Positions 32,906 to 33,568 of a DNA stretch of 33,568 bases are shown in pieces. This DNA comes from a virus (Duplodnaviria > Caudoviricetes). The notes beneath the pieces are model-generated. The model did no database searches and was not told the DNA's origin. It saw only the letters and a program-made list of their open reading frames with translations. Every line of letters starts with the position of its first letter. The stretch's first letter is position 1. The position numbers were made by a program, and so were the translations under genes. The stretch spans positions 1 through 33,568 of the IMG/VR virus record IMGVR_UViG_3300033076_000381; one strand, 5' to 3'.

Positions 32906-33078
32906 TGTGAAATATTTTCTTGATAAGTTTTAATTGCAACCTCCGCGATGCGGCGCAAATCTTCGACGCTGTAGCCGCTGTCCACCTCAAAGCCTTGATC
33001 GCCGTAGTCCTGAAACCACTCGGCGTGGCGTAAAATCTCAGCTTTGATGGATGCGGCCGTCTTCTCTAGCGCAGTCAC
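32902..33078 (-). CDS. Hypothetical protein (58 aa)
   Basis: GTG start with RBS GGAGGT; GTGA overlap. Confidence 0.55.
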   Translation of the reverse strand: MTALEKTAASIKAEILRHAEWFQDYGDQGFEVDSGYSVEDLRRIAEVAIKTYQENISQ

Positions 33079-33239
33079 TTGAACCTCCCGCCGCCGTTCA
33101 GCATAGCGTGGCACTCCCAGTGCTTGTATCCGTCGTCCAAGCAGGCTTGGAAATTGTTGCTGTAGCTGACAAAAGCCCCGACCACCATGAGGCCCAGCAC
33201 GGTAAAAATCGATATGACGATCCAATCGACTTTGTTCAT
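33075..33239 (-). CDS. Small single-TM protein with Cys pair (54 aa; absent from ORF track)
   Basis: MNKVDWIVISIFTVLGLMVVGAFVSYSNNFQACLDDGYKHWECHAMLNGGGRFK; coupled on both sides. Confidence 0.6.
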   Translation of the reverse strand: MNKVDWIVISIFTVLGLMVVGAFVSYSNNFQACLDDGYKHWECHAMLNGGGRFK

Positions 33240-33427
33240 CGTGGCACCTGATTTAATTTAGCCTCACAAATTTTCAAACGTCCTTGCATATTGTTGATGC
33301 GCCGCTCCAGATCCTTGATGCGATCTGCATAGGCATGCTCGATGGCTTCGATGGCAGCGCGCAGGCCGTTAAAGCGCCCCTCCTGCCAGAGCAGAACGTC
33401 TTTTGCCTGTTGCGGAATGTCGCTCAT
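33236..33427 (-). CDS. Hypothetical coiled-coil protein (63 aa)
   Basis: RBS AAGGAG; ATGA overlaps. Confidence 0.6.
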   Translation of the reverse strand: MSDIPQQAKDVLLWQEGRFNGLRAAIEAIEHAYADRIKDLERRINNMQGRLKICEAKLNQVPR

Positions 33428-33568
33428 CGCGGCAGCTCCTTCAGCATGGCCTCGTAGATCGACTTCGCCGAGTAGCAGCTCTCGGCCTTCATCTGGAGGT
33501 TTGTGGCGTAACGCACGATGTCGGCATCCGAAATGTGCCGCACGATGTAGACTGCCTCGTCGACCGAG
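33424..33568 (-). CDS. 3' end of a hypothetical gene starting outside the window
   Basis: Open frame ...SVDEAVYIVRHISDADIVRY...EAMLKELPR*; stop overlaps ATG 33427. Confidence 0.5.
   Translation of the reverse strand, partial: SVDEAVYIVRHISDADIVRYATNLQMKAESCYSAKSIYEAMLKELPR

Noticed and set aside
1-33568. tRNA, rRNA, integrase/att site, terminase, tape measure or tail sheath genes
   Set aside because: None recognisable; intergenic gaps are too short for structured RNA genes.

Overview
GC-rich tailed-phage DNA, most likely a podovirus-type phage of an alphaproteobacterium (host is an inference from GANTC avoidance and lysis-gene style). Positions 1-30921 (+) hold a continuous late morphogenesis operon: portal (5'-truncated), a fibre/appendage cassette with two tandem paralogues, GroES-like co-chaperonin, scaffold, capsid cement, major capsid protein, two adaptor/neck-like proteins flanking a double glycosyltransferase, tail fibre, Gly-rich tip protein, nozzle, three large internal/ejection proteins and a lysis cassette. 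Two lower-GC free-standing HNH-class endonuclease genes are inserted. Positions 30788-33568 (-) hold a convergent chain of tiny translationally coupled ORFs. Best leads: (1) a [FYML]-x-x-G-G motif present 12 times across four virion-region proteins, next to a candidate processing domain, with no recognisable prohead protease in the window; (2) a small minus-strand gene joining a twin-arginine-like leader to a 22-aa diverged copy of the major capsid protein C-terminal segment (11/22 identical); (3) a promoter plus RBS-sequestering hairpin in front of the first HNH gene; (4) a possible virion glycosylation enzyme. All function calls come from motif recognition by eye; no database search was run.
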